Shown: piece by piece, positions 11,583 to 22,027 of the stretch | How the letters are laid out: each line of letters starts with the position of its first letter | Position numbering within the stretch: the stretch's first letter is position 1 | Source of the DNA: Epithemia pelagica | Lineage: Eukaryota; Protista; Bacillariophyta | Assembly (NCBI GenBank): GCA_946965045.2 | Contig: OX337231.1 | Coordinates: 1,488,001 to 1,552,000 of the forward strand | Reading direction: 5' to 3' | DNA length: 64,000 bases | Translations under genes and position numbers: made by a program | Notes under the pieces: generated by a model | What the model was told of the DNA's origin: nothing | Seen by the model: only the letters and a program-made list of their open reading frames with translations | Database searches by the model: none

Positions 11583-12878
11583 TTAATCGTTATAATGGCG
11601 TAGAGGAGCTGGTTGAAAGGCGATGCACAGAGCAGGTACCAACACAAATGTCAGCAACAGAACGAAACGAAGATGAGACGACGGTCGTGGTGTGTGGTTC
11701 AGCATGAGCCGATCGGGAGAGGAGGTGGCCGACAAGAGCCAGCCAAAACAGGCGGCTCCACTAACCCCAAAGACTGAATTGCAAGGCAATTCCCACCATG
11801 CCAGCACCACCAAGCAGGTGGCGGCCAAGAAGCAAACATCTCGCTGATGCGGTCGATCAATGCCAAAACATGTCAGTACGGCGCAGGTACCCCACGTGGC
11901 CGTCGCGGCTGTCTGTGCTTCCCGGTCCCATGCCATGACCCATAATTGTCCCACCAGAGCTCCAGAAAAAAAGGTACCGCACCATGTCAACAGACTGGGG
12001 CGAAATGTTGGGTTTCGGTAAATGGGACTAAGCCAGGCGATGGACATGACGATCCACTCCGGTAAGGAGCCACACATGAATTGCGAGGACAACAACCTCC
12101 AATACTCATTTTGATAGAGTATTCGCTCAACGTCCAATCCACCAAAACGGATCAAAGTGCTCGCATTCCTGGGTTTTGCGATCATTGGCCAATTCCATTG
12201 GTCTGTTCCATCGCTCTCAATATACCATAGGGCTAATTCATACATGGAAAGCGCCAATAGATAGAAGCCAGATACAATCAGAAGCCCGTGTCCCCATTTA
12301 AACCCAGCGCACGCTTCTTTTCGTTTCGATTTGTTGTAGTATTTGTGTTTGCGAGTATTCCTTCTCTTTTCTTCAGTTGAAGCCCCATTCCACAAAGGGT
12401 GTATATTTCCAGGTTTCTTTTGTCGTGTACCAGAAAAGGAAGGTTTGGAGAGGCGACCCGGTTTGATGGACGAGTATCCAGGATGTGGACTTTTTCCGGA
12501 CTCTAGCAAATGGGCCGTCTCGTTTTTTGGCTGTTCGGAACTCAAGTAATCAAGCCTTTTTAACGATTCGTGCAAGGCTCGATGGTACTTTTCCGTGGCA
12601 TCATTTTCATCGTCGTCCGAATCTCCATTCGGTGTGGCTTTCATGTCGTCGTCAAAGGAGGGAATGGGAGACTGCCTCGCACCGATCCAGGACGAGTCGT
12701 GGTTTCTCGGCAAGACCGATCCGCCAACGGCAGGAGGTGGGGAGAAGAAATCACTGCTGGCATCTCCACTTGTATCCAGACCGTCGTTGGCCATGGTCCA
12801 AATGAATGGGCGTGTGCGATGGAACTGGGTATGGTTGTGAAGTGGGGGTTTGCCCCCCGTCAACGGCGGCTTCGTCAT
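11583..12878 (-). CDS. Rhomboid-family membrane protein, probably catalytically inactive
   Basis: 431-aa ORF with a long polar N-terminus, a TM helix, the YWRLLSSQF (WR) loop motif and further TM segments. No recognisable GxSG/His dyad. Confidence 0.68.
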   Translation of the reverse strand: MTKPPLTGGKPPLHNHTQFHRTRPFIWTMANDGLDTSGDASSDFFSPPPAVGGSVLPRNHDSSWIGARQSPIPSFDDDMKATPNGDSDDDENDATEKYHRALHESLKRLDYLSSEQPKNETAHLLESGKSPHPGYSSIKPGRLSKPSFSGTRQKKPGNIHPLWNGASTEEKRRNTRKHKYYNKSKRKEACAGFKWGHGLLIVSGFYLLALSMYELALWYIESDGTDQWNWPMIAKPRNASTLIRFGGLDVERILYQNEYWRLLSSQFMCGSLPEWIVMSIAWLSPIYRNPTFRPSLLTWCGTFFSGALVGQLWVMAWDREAQTAATATWGTCAVLTCFGIDRPHQRDVCFLAATCLVVLAWWELPCNSVFGVSGAACFGWLLSATSSPDRLMLNHTPRPSSHLRFVLLLTFVLVPALCIAFQPAPLRHYND

Positions 12879-13794
12879 GGCGGCGGTGGGAGAGGATTTG
12901 AATGTGTTTCTTCAACTAAGCATAGATCATGTATCGAGCGTTGGACACCTCGTTGCCTCTCGTGTGTTAACGTGAAAATCCAAAGGCCTGCCAACGACCA
13001 TATACCATGGAGGACTGCAGAGAGCTCAGGTTGAGGTGCTTGTTGTGATTGGCCCCGTGTCCGTGTCGTATGTTGTTTTTTGTTTGGATTCGAAGATCAG
13101 TGATCCATCGTGTGGCGCGAATTCAAAAATCCAGTAGCCTTTGACGGTTAAAAGGTCCGTCACCCTGCGGCCGCAAGTGGTATGGCATGCGTGAGATGAG
13201 GAACGATCGAACATACAATTATAATTGCCTCTTAGATCCTCTGCCGATGGGCAATGCATAGAAGTATTGATCATACAATAGCCCGGAAAATTTCCCTTAG
13301 TAGTGGAAAATTGGAGTATACAGTCAGTACAATCAATACAATAGCCTCTTTCTGTGTTCACAATAGTATATGAGCGAGCGCGTGGCAACATCTCCAGCAT
13401 GGCAGGCTTTGGAAGCACTTTACTCTTTATCACTATACTCGTAGTAGTATTTAAGGAGAGGTAGACGACCACGACCAACAGATAGCGCCACGATTCATTC
13501 CCGAGATCGCCGACGAATGAGTTTGTTGCAAAGGTGGATCAGGTTTGCCATCCATACAAAGGAACTACATCAACAAACCAACGCCAATTAGAGAATCTCT
13601 GGAAAGATCTGGTTGTGTGGTGGATCCGTACCATTGATCGACATCCGAGGCTTCAATTGTCTCGTCGAAACAAGTTCTTGGAACGGACGTTGCAAAGTCG
13701 AGTCTCCCTTCCGGTATTACGTATTACCACGTTGCTTTCCGTGACCACTTCCAAGGGATAACCTTTTGGTGGATTCTCCCTTGCTTTATTCAAA

Positions 13795-14787
13795 ATGTCG
13801 ACCGCCTTGGATTTTCGTGATATTCATCAACACCCGCCGGCGGCCACCAAGCTGCGAGAACCGTTGCCACCGGATCCCTCGTGGGATGCGCACAAGGTGT
13901 ATTTCAACGAGCGAGAACGAGACATGGACAAAAAGGGAGACGAATTCGACGACTTTTTTACCAAGGAACAGTCGGAAGGTGAAAAGAAAAATGTGTTGGA
14001 AGCTACCCTCAACGCCGCCAAACCACAACAAGAAAGTGATGAAACACTAGATCCCTTGGGATGGCCCGTGGATGCCTTTCGATCCCTGGGAGGTCGCGTA
14101 CAATCCATGCTGCTTCCCAATGGAGACGATGACGACGATGATGAGGGAGACGAGTCCAATTTGCTTCGAAGAAGTGATGAAGATCCTGCCGGTGAACCGT
14201 CGACCGCAGCAACTCTGTTGTCGTCTCTCGGAGTCATGGATCTCAAGTCTGCCAATGAAATGGTGGAAGGAGTACAGAATATGTTTCTGTTTGGAGCCGC
14301 CGAGGGAAGTGCATCGGAATCGAAACAACAACAATTGAACCAGGATGATCATGAGGACTCTGAAGGAATGGATAAGGAAGAACGGATCAAAATGTACGAA
14401 ACGACAGGTAACGACGATGAATCGAGCGTGGAAGACGAAAATGACGGCGAATACGACGAAGACGAGTGGGAGAAAGATCGGGAAGTAGGGTACGTGGCGC
14501 AAAGTGGGTCCTTTGAAGACGTGGGTTTGCATGACAATGACGACAAAAACAAGGGAACGGCAAATTCGAAGCAGGCGACGGTACCAGATTTCTCGCCCGT
14601 TACGGAAACTGCCGTACCAACCTTTAAGATTCCTGTACCTACCACCAAATCGAAAAAGAAGAAGCAACAAAAAAGCGGTAACACAGCTGTTCCCATGATT
14701 TGTCCACCACCTGCCGAAAAGCTACAAAAATGGGAAGAGGCCAAGGCGAGACCACTCCAACACTTGCAAGCTTCCAAAAAGAAGTGA
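13795..14787 (+). CDS. Acidic low-complexity hypothetical protein
   Basis: 330-aa ATG ORF rich in D/E with a basic C-terminus. No recognised domain. Confidence 0.55.
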   Translation: MSTALDFRDIHQHPPAATKLREPLPPDPSWDAHKVYFNERERDMDKKGDEFDDFFTKEQSEGEKKNVLEATLNAAKPQQESDETLDPLGWPVDAFRSLGGRVQSMLLPNGDDDDDDEGDESNLLRRSDEDPAGEPSTAATLLSSLGVMDLKSANEMVEGVQNMFLFGAAEGSASESKQQQLNQDDHEDSEGMDKEERIKMYETTGNDDESSVEDENDGEYDEDEWEKDREVGYVAQSGSFEDVGLHDNDDKNKGTANSKQATVPDFSPVTETAVPTFKIPVPTTKSKKKKQQKSGNTAVPMICPPPAEKLQKWEEAKARPLQHLQASKKK

Positions 14788-15092
14788 AGAGGTGCCAACG
14801 CCTTACGAAAAAGGCGTTCTTGTAATACTGCATAGAACATAAGAAGCATAAACAATCCTTAGATAAAAAAGCAACCTCGGATTCCCTGGAACCAGTGTTG
14901 AGAATTGAACTTCTGGTTTAAGTGGATTGATCCTGCTCAACTTTAAAGATGCCGGTATGCAACAGAATCCACTTGTACTTCATTACGAAGAGTCCTTAGG
15001 AGATGGCTCAGGTAATCAGTGGACAAAGTTAACCATACCAGACGAAAACAAATGGGCACGACCATTTGCTTTGCTGGTGATGATGATCCTCT

Positions 15093-16190
15093 TTAAGCAA
15101 AAGATTTGGTTTGCGAAATGACGTGGTAACAGAAATTGGATTTGACCAGATCCACATCCAATCGATCTTGATACGCGATGCGACTCGACCAAGGGTTCCT
15201 CTGATAACCCGTTCCCTCAAAAGCTTGATACTGACTCAACATGATGCAATCTCGTTCCGAATCGACCCACGAATATGCCGTTAGCAACAAGGGAATGCGG
15301 GGTCTCGCACTAGACAAAAGGATATCCAACGTTGGTTTCCAGTCCATTTTCAGATTGTCGTGTCCAATACCCGGATTGAATAAGGCAAAGGCGTCCCAGT
15401 ACGTGACGCCTACTTCCGAATCAGTAGTCGCTGTTTGCCCCTGAGGATCGCACCTTCGATCCATGGCCGTTTGTTCCACGTTGGCAAGAAAATCGTGAAA
15501 CCTGCCCTTGTACAACCATCGGAGAGTCAAACTACTCTGAGCAATGGGACAAAAGTGCGTCACGGTTGGTTGTCGAACAACTTCTGGTCCAATAAAGTCC
15601 AGTGTGAGATCGACATGCGTCCATCCGAGGTTTTTCATGGCCACAAGGAGGACTTCTCGCCAATAAGCGGTTGGGGGACATGTTTCCTTACGCACACCAA
15701 GGGAGCAAATGTTGAATGACTGCCGTTGCTTGGCTGTCGTTTGAGAGACGTTCCCTCCATCCGTGTCTCGTTCCAATTCGGAACGCGACAGAACAGGCAA
15801 AAGAAGATTGCCGAGGCTTAAAGGTTCCGACAGGAGAGATGTGGTAAGATTTTGTCCATAGACTGTCTCTTCACCCTCATCCAACATTGAAAAGTCCCAG
15901 CCCCTCCATGTCCAATAGTCTTCAAAAGTGGATACAGGCTGGTTTGTTGACTTTGCCACGGATGATGGTTTGACAATGTTCTTTTCGTGCGGTCGTTTCA
16001 GGCAAGATCTCGCCACTTCCCGATTGCTGGACGCCCATACAAGGACAGGATCCTGAAATGATGATGATGATGATGATGATCCGCATTTATTGCTATTCTT
16101 TCGAACGCGTTCACTGCGAAGAAGACGCGATCCTATAATTTTCCTCGAAACATCACTCTTGCTCCAAAGCATCAATCTTTGCCGTTTCAT
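15093..16190 (-). CDS. MSS51 C-terminal-like domain protein
   Basis: 365-aa ORF with DFIGPE, ALFNPGIGH, WKPTL and LLTAYS..DSERD motifs resembling the MSS51_C family. Confidence 0.68.
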   Translation of the reverse strand: MKRQRLMLWSKSDVSRKIIGSRLLRSERVRKNSNKCGSSSSSSSFQDPVLVWASSNREVARSCLKRPHEKNIVKPSSVAKSTNQPVSTFEDYWTWRGWDFSMLDEGEETVYGQNLTTSLLSEPLSLGNLLLPVLSRSELERDTDGGNVSQTTAKQRQSFNICSLGVRKETCPPTAYWREVLLVAMKNLGWTHVDLTLDFIGPEVVRQPTVTHFCPIAQSSLTLRWLYKGRFHDFLANVEQTAMDRRCDPQGQTATTDSEVGVTYWDAFALFNPGIGHDNLKMDWKPTLDILLSSARPRIPLLLTAYSWVDSERDCIMLSQYQAFEGTGYQRNPWSSRIAYQDRLDVDLVKSNFCYHVISQTKSFA

Positions 16191-16194
16191 TTTT

Positions 16195-16210
16195 TGTGAG
16201 CCAAAGATTT
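16195..16210 (+). repeat. Left copy of 16-bp direct repeat TGTGAGCCAAAGATTT (putative LINE TSD)
   Basis: Identical to 33168-33183; followed by A10. Confidence 0.8.
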
Positions 16211-16307
16211 AAAAAAAAAACTGGAAATCTATTTTAACGCACCACGCATGGTGACGCCGACCGACGCGCCGGGCCTAGAAAACAGTACCCTTCGGGATGG
16301 AACGGCT

Positions 16308-16520
16308 TGCGGTACCCGGACTCTGTCCCGCCACGACTCCACGTAAACATGACTCGATAGGTCCCTAGTTGAATCTGTGACATCTTTGACACCGACGTTC
16401 TCAGAATTCAGTCCGTCCTTGTCCCGTGTGCAGATGGCTTCTCTGGCCATCGCTCACTTTCCTAGTGTAATTCCTAAAGATCATAATTTTTACGTCCTAC
16501 CATTATGCATGGGTATGGCA
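16308..16520 (+). repeat. Gypsy 5' LTR
   Basis: TGCGGT...TGGCA, 213 bp, matches 21815-22027. Confidence 0.96.
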
Positions 16521-16657
16521 CTCTGATCAGATTCCTCAACGCCCTTGTTTTTCCTTCTTCACCATAACACGCCTCCGGCGGCCGACGTTTGTGCAATTCC
16601 TTTTGCCCGTCCTTTGATTCCTTTCCTTTCCTTTTCTCACCATTGCATCTCTCCATC

Positions 16658-19600
16658 ATGGCAGACAACACTAATGGGTTCATTACCCTTGTCGATGCAC
16701 TCCGCTTCCAACGTCGCGTTGATGAGGCTCTGTCCTCCGATTCCTTCTCTTTGCTCAAGCTCAAAGATGACGACGACAAGTATTACGCTAACCTCCTCCC
16801 CTTTCGGGAGTCGACGGATGAAGATCCTCGCGATCTCTTTCTTTGGGTCCTCCACTTCGTGGACAAGATCCGCATCTCCGGTCATCCGGACCCCTTCGCC
16901 GCTTGTTGCGAGTATTTTCCTCGCTCGGTCACCAGCGCTATCGCTGATCCTTTTCTCGAAGCCTACAACGGTTTGCCTCCAGGCACCAATCTCGACAAAG
17001 CCTGTTTCCAAGGTTTGATTGCTGCGGTCTTCGCCCCTCTTGTCCTTGTCAGTGAAGTTAGTGCTTTCCGCACCTTCCTTCTTTCCGGGCCTCGAAAGCC
17101 CTCGGACATGACTGTGGATTCGCATTTGCAGTCTCTACGCAAGTTCTCTAATGGTCTCAAGTACCTCAGCTCTGACGCTGCAATCGTCCCCCTCACGGAA
17201 GACGAAATCAAACAAGCCTTTTACCAAGGCTCGCCGACTACATGGCGCACGGAATTTCAACAAGCCAATCCTTTGGTGCCGGACATTGTCAATCACTTTG
17301 ACACGGATGCCCTCTTACAAGCCATGCGTGGATACCAGCGCGCCTCCAAGCAAAAGGCCCTCCTACGTGAGCAACAACAAAATCGTTCGCAGTCTCGTCA
17401 CGACCGCTCTCGTCCTCGCGACTCCAACAACAGCGGCAATCGCGATCGTCGCGTGCGCTCTCGCCACTCTCGTGGTGGACTCCGCGGTGGCAGCCGTGAC
17501 TCCTCACGTGGAGGAAATCGCCTTGGCTCCTCCGACCGTAATGCCTCCTCCGGAGACAATCGTGGCGCCTCCGATGGCAACTCCGATCCCTGTCCGTATC
17601 GGACCACGATGGAATCTCATCGCAACCATTCTTGGGCTGATTGCATTTATAATCCTACGGGTCGCAATTTCAATCAAAGCCTTTTTGACGTCATGGTTCA
17701 ACGTTCTAACCGTTCTACCAGTGGCGGCAACGCCGGAACCAATCCTCCTCAAAGTGGTGGTTCCTCCAATGGCAATAACAACCCACGTGGTGGCTCTTCC
17801 GTTCCTCTGCGTGCCACTTGGGGCTCTCGTCCTTCTGCCCCAGGTCGTGGCAGTGATCAACACGCCTCTGACTCTGCTGGTGCCGGTAATGGATGGAATG
17901 CCGTTCCTGCCAATCCTCCTGCCGTAGCTCCTCCTCCAGGATGCGTTCCTACCATTCCTGTCGATGCTGAGGGAATCCAGCAGTGGAGCGATCTTTGCAA
18001 TCCTGAGAAGACGGTCCCCGGTACGTCTCACCTTTCATCTTCCTTTTCATCGTCTCCTGACGATCCGACTCATCACCTGGGCAATTTGTTCTCGCAGCAA
18101 TGTCAGATCCAAACTGGCCCGCCAACGGCTATGCCGGCAGCGCAATCCATCCCGATGCACCCATCAACAAGGTCATCGACCAGCTCAATAAAATCTATGG
18201 GCGCGGAATTGACATTTCCCACATCTACGACCTGTCCACTGAAGGAGGTCTCGCTGCTTACGCCCACGTCTCTATGTCGTGATGACGCTTTTATAAGCAA
18301 GGTGATTGATCCCAATAACGGTTACTTGGATAACCTAGAGTCTTATGATGAGTTCTACTCCCAATTTCCTTCATCTAGTGATGTTCCTTCGTTCGATTCG
18401 CCTTCTCGGCCTGAATGCGTTCCACTCACCATCGTCATGGCTCGCCATATTGGCGGTGTTGAAAATACGCTTCCCTTGCGTGCCCTGCTCGACTCAGGCG
18501 CTGACAAGACGATTCTTCATTCACGTTGCCTTCAACCAGGCATGATACCGCGGTCTACCGACCGTTCCGTGAACACGACCATGGGAACTCGTTCCGGTGT
18601 GTCCGAAATCCTCCTGGAAGACATTGTTCTTCCAGAGTTCTCACGAACCAAACACGTAACCTATCCCTTATGGGTCGATATCTATGATGCTCCCAACAGT
18701 CGCTATGATATCATCATCGGTCGCGATTTGCTTCGCCGTCTGGGCGTCCTTCTTGATTTCGATCGTGGGATCTCCTCGTGGGACTCCATTGAAGTTGCTA
18801 TGCGCGACCGCGATTCATTCGCGACTGAACATGAGTTCGTCTCACATTTCATCGATCTCTTCGCAGATGATGACGTCCTCGGTGACGATTACCTGCTCGA
18901 TTCAAATTACAAACAGGCAGATCTCGATGAGCTTCTTGCTCAACAGACTCATCTGACGCCCTCACAACAACAAGATCTTCTTGGTGTGTGGCTGAAATGC
19001 GGGCGCATCTTTGACGGCGTCCTGCGTGCCTATCCAGACAAAGAGTTGCATCTCGATCTCATGCCCGATGCCAAACCGGCTCATCATCGTCATTATGCGG
19101 TCCCTCGCAATATCCATGACACCTTTAAAAAGGAATTGTTTCGGTTTGTCGATATCGGCATTCTCGAACGAGTTGGTTCCACTGAGTGGGCCGCTCCTCA
19201 TTTTGCCATTCCTAAAAAGGATGGACGAATCCGAATGATCTCGGACTTTCGTTCGCTTAATGCGCAAATGTATCGCCGCGTCTATCCCTTTCCAAGGATC
19301 GAAGATATCCTTCGACGACGCAAAGGCTACAAGTATTTCACAAAACTTGACATCTCTATGTGTTTTCACACTTTCAAACTCGACGAGTTTTCCAGCAATC
19401 TTTGCGTTATCACTACGCCTTTTGGCAAATTTCGCTATCGTCGTCTCCCTATGGGAGTTAAGCAATCCCCAGACTTCTGTCAGGAGCTCATGGAAGAAGT
19501 CCTCGCTGACTTTCGCGATCACGTCGAGGTCTACATCGACGATATCGGCGTCTTTTCCGACAGTTGGGAAGAACATGTCGAGATTCTCAACAAAGTCCTT

Positions 19601-21727
19601 CAACGTCTTCAAGACAAGAACTTCTCTATCACTCCTCACAAATGTGAATGGGCCGTGCAGGAAACCGACTTCCTTGGCCATTGGCTCACGCCTACAGGTC
19701 TACGACCATGGAAGAAAAAGATTTCCGCGATTCTGGCCTTATCGCCTCCTCGCACCATGAAAGAACTACGTTCCTTCATTGGCATGGTTAATTTCTATCG
19801 TCACATGTATCCTCAGCGATCCCATCACTTAGCTCCGCTCACAGCCTTGACCACCAAGAAAACCTTTGAATGGTCCCCGCAATGTCAGAAAGCCTTTGAA
19901 AACGTCAAAGCCATGCTTGCGCATGATGCGTTTATCCGCTATCCCGATCACAACATTCCTTTCCACGTCTTTGTGGACGCGTCTGACTATCAGCTCGGCG
20001 CTGTTATCATGCAGGACAACATCCCTGTCGCGTATTTCTCACGCAAGCTCAACCCCGCTCAGCGGAATTACACCACTATGGAAAAGGAGTTACTCTCCAT
20101 CGTCGAAACCCTCAAGGAGTTCCGCTCCATGTTGCTTGGCTGTGCCGCCTTGCACATTCATACCGATCACAAAAATCTCACTTATTCCACTCTCAACTCC
20201 CAACGAGTCCTTCGTTGGCGTCTCTTTCTCGAAGAATACAATCCCATCTTTCATTATATTCCTGGCCAGGATAACGTCATCGCCGACGCGTTGTCGCGTC
20301 TCCCTCTTTCAGAAGAGGAGGAGAAGAGTGTTCCTTCCACGGTCCCTTCCGACGGTCCCTCGTCTGGACCACGATCCCTTTTCGATCGTAGCGGCAAACA
20401 CTCCGTGTTTCAGGTTCCTCGTGCGCCTAATGATGACCCCCGCTTAGCGTCTCGTGACGCGGATTCTCATGAATCCCCTATTTTCATGGACGAAGAGTTG
20501 ATCGATGTGTATCTTAATCATCCCGCCATTACGGCCAACCAACCCCTACCGGTTGACTATGCGACGATATCTCAGCATCAACAAAACGATGCCGCCTTAA
20601 TGGCGTTGGTCCAATCCAAACCTGACTATTATCATTTGCAACCCTTTCCTACGGAAAATCCACAATACAACCTTGTCTGTTATCGACAATCGGTTAATGC
20701 CCTCTGGCGCATTCGCATTCCCGACTCGCTTCTCGCACATACAGTCAACTGGTATCATCTCGTGCTTAACCACGCTGGTTCCACGCGACTCCGCGATACT
20801 ATCGCCATGCACATGACGCATCCCCAATTGGGACTCTACTGCGATCAAGCTGTTTCCAGCTGTCCGACCTGTCAACGGTCTAAGATCGTTCATCGACATT
20901 ACGGAGAATTGCCTCCTCGTGAGGTCCGTGGTAATCCCTGGTCCGACATTGCCGTCGATCTTATCGGCCCCTGGACAGTCAAAGTCCATGGCATGGCCCT
21001 AACCTTTCAGGCTCTGACGGTCATTGACACTGTCACCAATTTTTGCGAAATTATCCGCATATACGATAAAACCGCTCGACATGTTGGTCTCCAACTCGAG
21101 AATTCATGGCTTTCACGCTATCCTCGCCCTGTTCGTTGCCTTTTTGATCAAGGCGGCGAGTTTATCGGCCATGCGTTTACGCAAGTGCTTCGCAATCATG
21201 GTATCAAACCAGTGCCCCTAACGGTCAAAAATCCACAATCCAATGCCCTATGTGAACGTCTTCATCTGACAATCGGCAATTCATTACGCGCTATCGTTAA
21301 CTACGAGCCGCCGCAAAACATTGAACAGGCCGCTCTTATGGTCGACACTGCTCTGCAAACCGCTGCATACTCTGCACGCACTGCCATCCACGGCAGCCTC
21401 AAACATTCTCCCGGCAGTCTTGCGTTCCACCGCGACATGCTGTTCGACATTCCCATCCTTGCGGACATGGAATTGATTCGTCAAAAACGCCAAATCATTG
21501 TTGACGAACGAGCTCGACTCGCAAATCGCTCTCGCGTCTTTCATGACTACAAAATTGGAGATCGCGTGCTTATCCGCGCTACCAATCCGGACAAATTGGC
21601 ACTTCGTACCAGTCCCAATCCTTTCACGATCACACGTGTCCATTCCAATGGCACCGTGACCATTCAACGTGGTCCCCACGTTACCGAGCGCATCAATATC
21701 AGGCGTCTCATCCCTTACCGTGTGTGA
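16658..21727 (+). CDS. Gypsy Gag-PR-RT-RNaseH-IN polyprotein (1689 aa)
   Basis: LLDSGA (protease), YIDDI (RT), DASD/ELLSI/TDHKNL (RNase H), HHCC, DLIGP/DQGGEF/PQSNALCER (integrase). No chromodomain at the C-terminus. Confidence 0.96.
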   Translation: MADNTNGFITLVDALRFQRRVDEALSSDSFSLLKLKDDDDKYYANLLPFRESTDEDPRDLFLWVLHFVDKIRISGHPDPFAACCEYFPRSVTSAIADPFLEAYNGLPPGTNLDKACFQGLIAAVFAPLVLVSEVSAFRTFLLSGPRKPSDMTVDSHLQSLRKFSNGLKYLSSDAAIVPLTEDEIKQAFYQGSPTTWRTEFQQANPLVPDIVNHFDTDALLQAMRGYQRASKQKALLREQQQNRSQSRHDRSRPRDSNNSGNRDRRVRSRHSRGGLRGGSRDSSRGGNRLGSSDRNASSGDNRGASDGNSDPCPYRTTMESHRNHSWADCIYNPTGRNFNQSLFDVMVQRSNRSTSGGNAGTNPPQSGGSSNGNNNPRGGSSVPLRATWGSRPSAPGRGSDQHASDSAGAGNGWNAVPANPPAVAPPPGCVPTIPVDAEGIQQWSDLCNPEKTVPGTSHLSSSFSSSPDDPTHHLGNLFSQQCQIQTGPPTAMPAAQSIPMHPSTRSSTSSIKSMGAELTFPTSTTCPLKEVSLLTPTSLCRDDAFISKVIDPNNGYLDNLESYDEFYSQFPSSSDVPSFDSPSRPECVPLTIVMARHIGGVENTLPLRALLDSGADKTILHSRCLQPGMIPRSTDRSVNTTMGTRSGVSEILLEDIVLPEFSRTKHVTYPLWVDIYDAPNSRYDIIIGRDLLRRLGVLLDFDRGISSWDSIEVAMRDRDSFATEHEFVSHFIDLFADDDVLGDDYLLDSNYKQADLDELLAQQTHLTPSQQQDLLGVWLKCGRIFDGVLRAYPDKELHLDLMPDAKPAHHRHYAVPRNIHDTFKKELFRFVDIGILERVGSTEWAAPHFAIPKKDGRIRMISDFRSLNAQMYRRVYPFPRIEDILRRRKGYKYFTKLDISMCFHTFKLDEFSSNLCVITTPFGKFRYRRLPMGVKQSPDFCQELMEEVLADFRDHVEVYIDDIGVFSDSWEEHVEILNKVLQRLQDKNFSITPHKCEWAVQETDFLGHWLTPTGLRPWKKKISAILALSPPRTMKELRSFIGMVNFYRHMYPQRSHHLAPLTALTTKKTFEWSPQCQKAFENVKAMLAHDAFIRYPDHNIPFHVFVDASDYQLGAVIMQDNIPVAYFSRKLNPAQRNYTTMEKELLSIVETLKEFRSMLLGCAALHIHTDHKNLTYSTLNSQRVLRWRLFLEEYNPIFHYIPGQDNVIADALSRLPLSEEEEKSVPSTVPSDGPSSGPRSLFDRSGKHSVFQVPRAPNDDPRLASRDADSHESPIFMDEELIDVYLNHPAITANQPLPVDYATISQHQQNDAALMALVQSKPDYYHLQPFPTENPQYNLVCYRQSVNALWRIRIPDSLLAHTVNWYHLVLNHAGSTRLRDTIAMHMTHPQLGLYCDQAVSSCPTCQRSKIVHRHYGELPPREVRGNPWSDIAVDLIGPWTVKVHGMALTFQALTVIDTVTNFCEIIRIYDKTARHVGLQLENSWLSRYPRPVRCLFDQGGEFIGHAFTQVLRNHGIKPVPLTVKNPQSNALCERLHLTIGNSLRAIVNYEPPQNIEQAALMVDTALQTAAYSARTAIHGSLKHSPGSLAFHRDMLFDIPILADMELIRQKRQIIVDERARLANRSRVFHDYKIGDRVLIRATNPDKLALRTSPNPFTITRVHSNGTVTIQRGPHVTERINIRRLIPYRV

Positions 21728-21800
21728 CATGGGTTTTACTGCCGTTGGCCTCTGGCCATCAAGCTTTCCCATGGCCCGCTCGAACTTCCTAGGTCCGACC

Positions 21801-21814
21801 AGGGAGAGGTAGAG
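21801..21814 (+). promoter_or_regulatory. Gypsy polypurine tract
   Basis: AGGGAGAGGTAGAG directly abutting the 3' LTR. Confidence 0.9.
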
Positions 21815-22027
21815 TGCGGTACCCGGACTCTGTCCCGCCACGACTCCACGTAAACATGACTCGATAGGTCCCTAGTTGAATCTGTGACATCTTTGACACC
21901 GACGTTCTCAGAATTCAGTCCGTCCTTGTCCCGTGTGCAGATGGCTTCTCTGGCCATCGCTCACTTTCCTAGTGTAATTCCTAAAGATCATAATTTTTAC
22001 GTCCTACCATTATGCATGGGTATGGCA
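21815..22027 (+). repeat. Gypsy 3' LTR
   Basis: Matches 16308-16520; followed by TSD CGGCT. Confidence 0.96.

Larger units (their letters stand above)
16308..22027 (+). mobile_element. Intact Ty3/Gypsy LTR retrotransposon (5720 bp)
   Basis: Two 213-bp TG...CA LTRs that read identical, 5-bp TSD CGGCT (16303-16307, 22028-22032), a PPT and a single gag-pol ORF. Confidence 0.97.

Noticed and set aside
13026-13478. 150-aa Cys-rich minus-strand ORF
   Set aside because: Non-ATG start, no motif I recognise and no splice support; cannot distinguish from a chance ORF.
16516-16535. TGGCACTCTGATCAGATT as a tRNA PBS
   Set aside because: TGGCA is inside the LTR (present in the 3' LTR before the TSD), and the spacing to a T-loop does not fit a standard tRNA 3' end.
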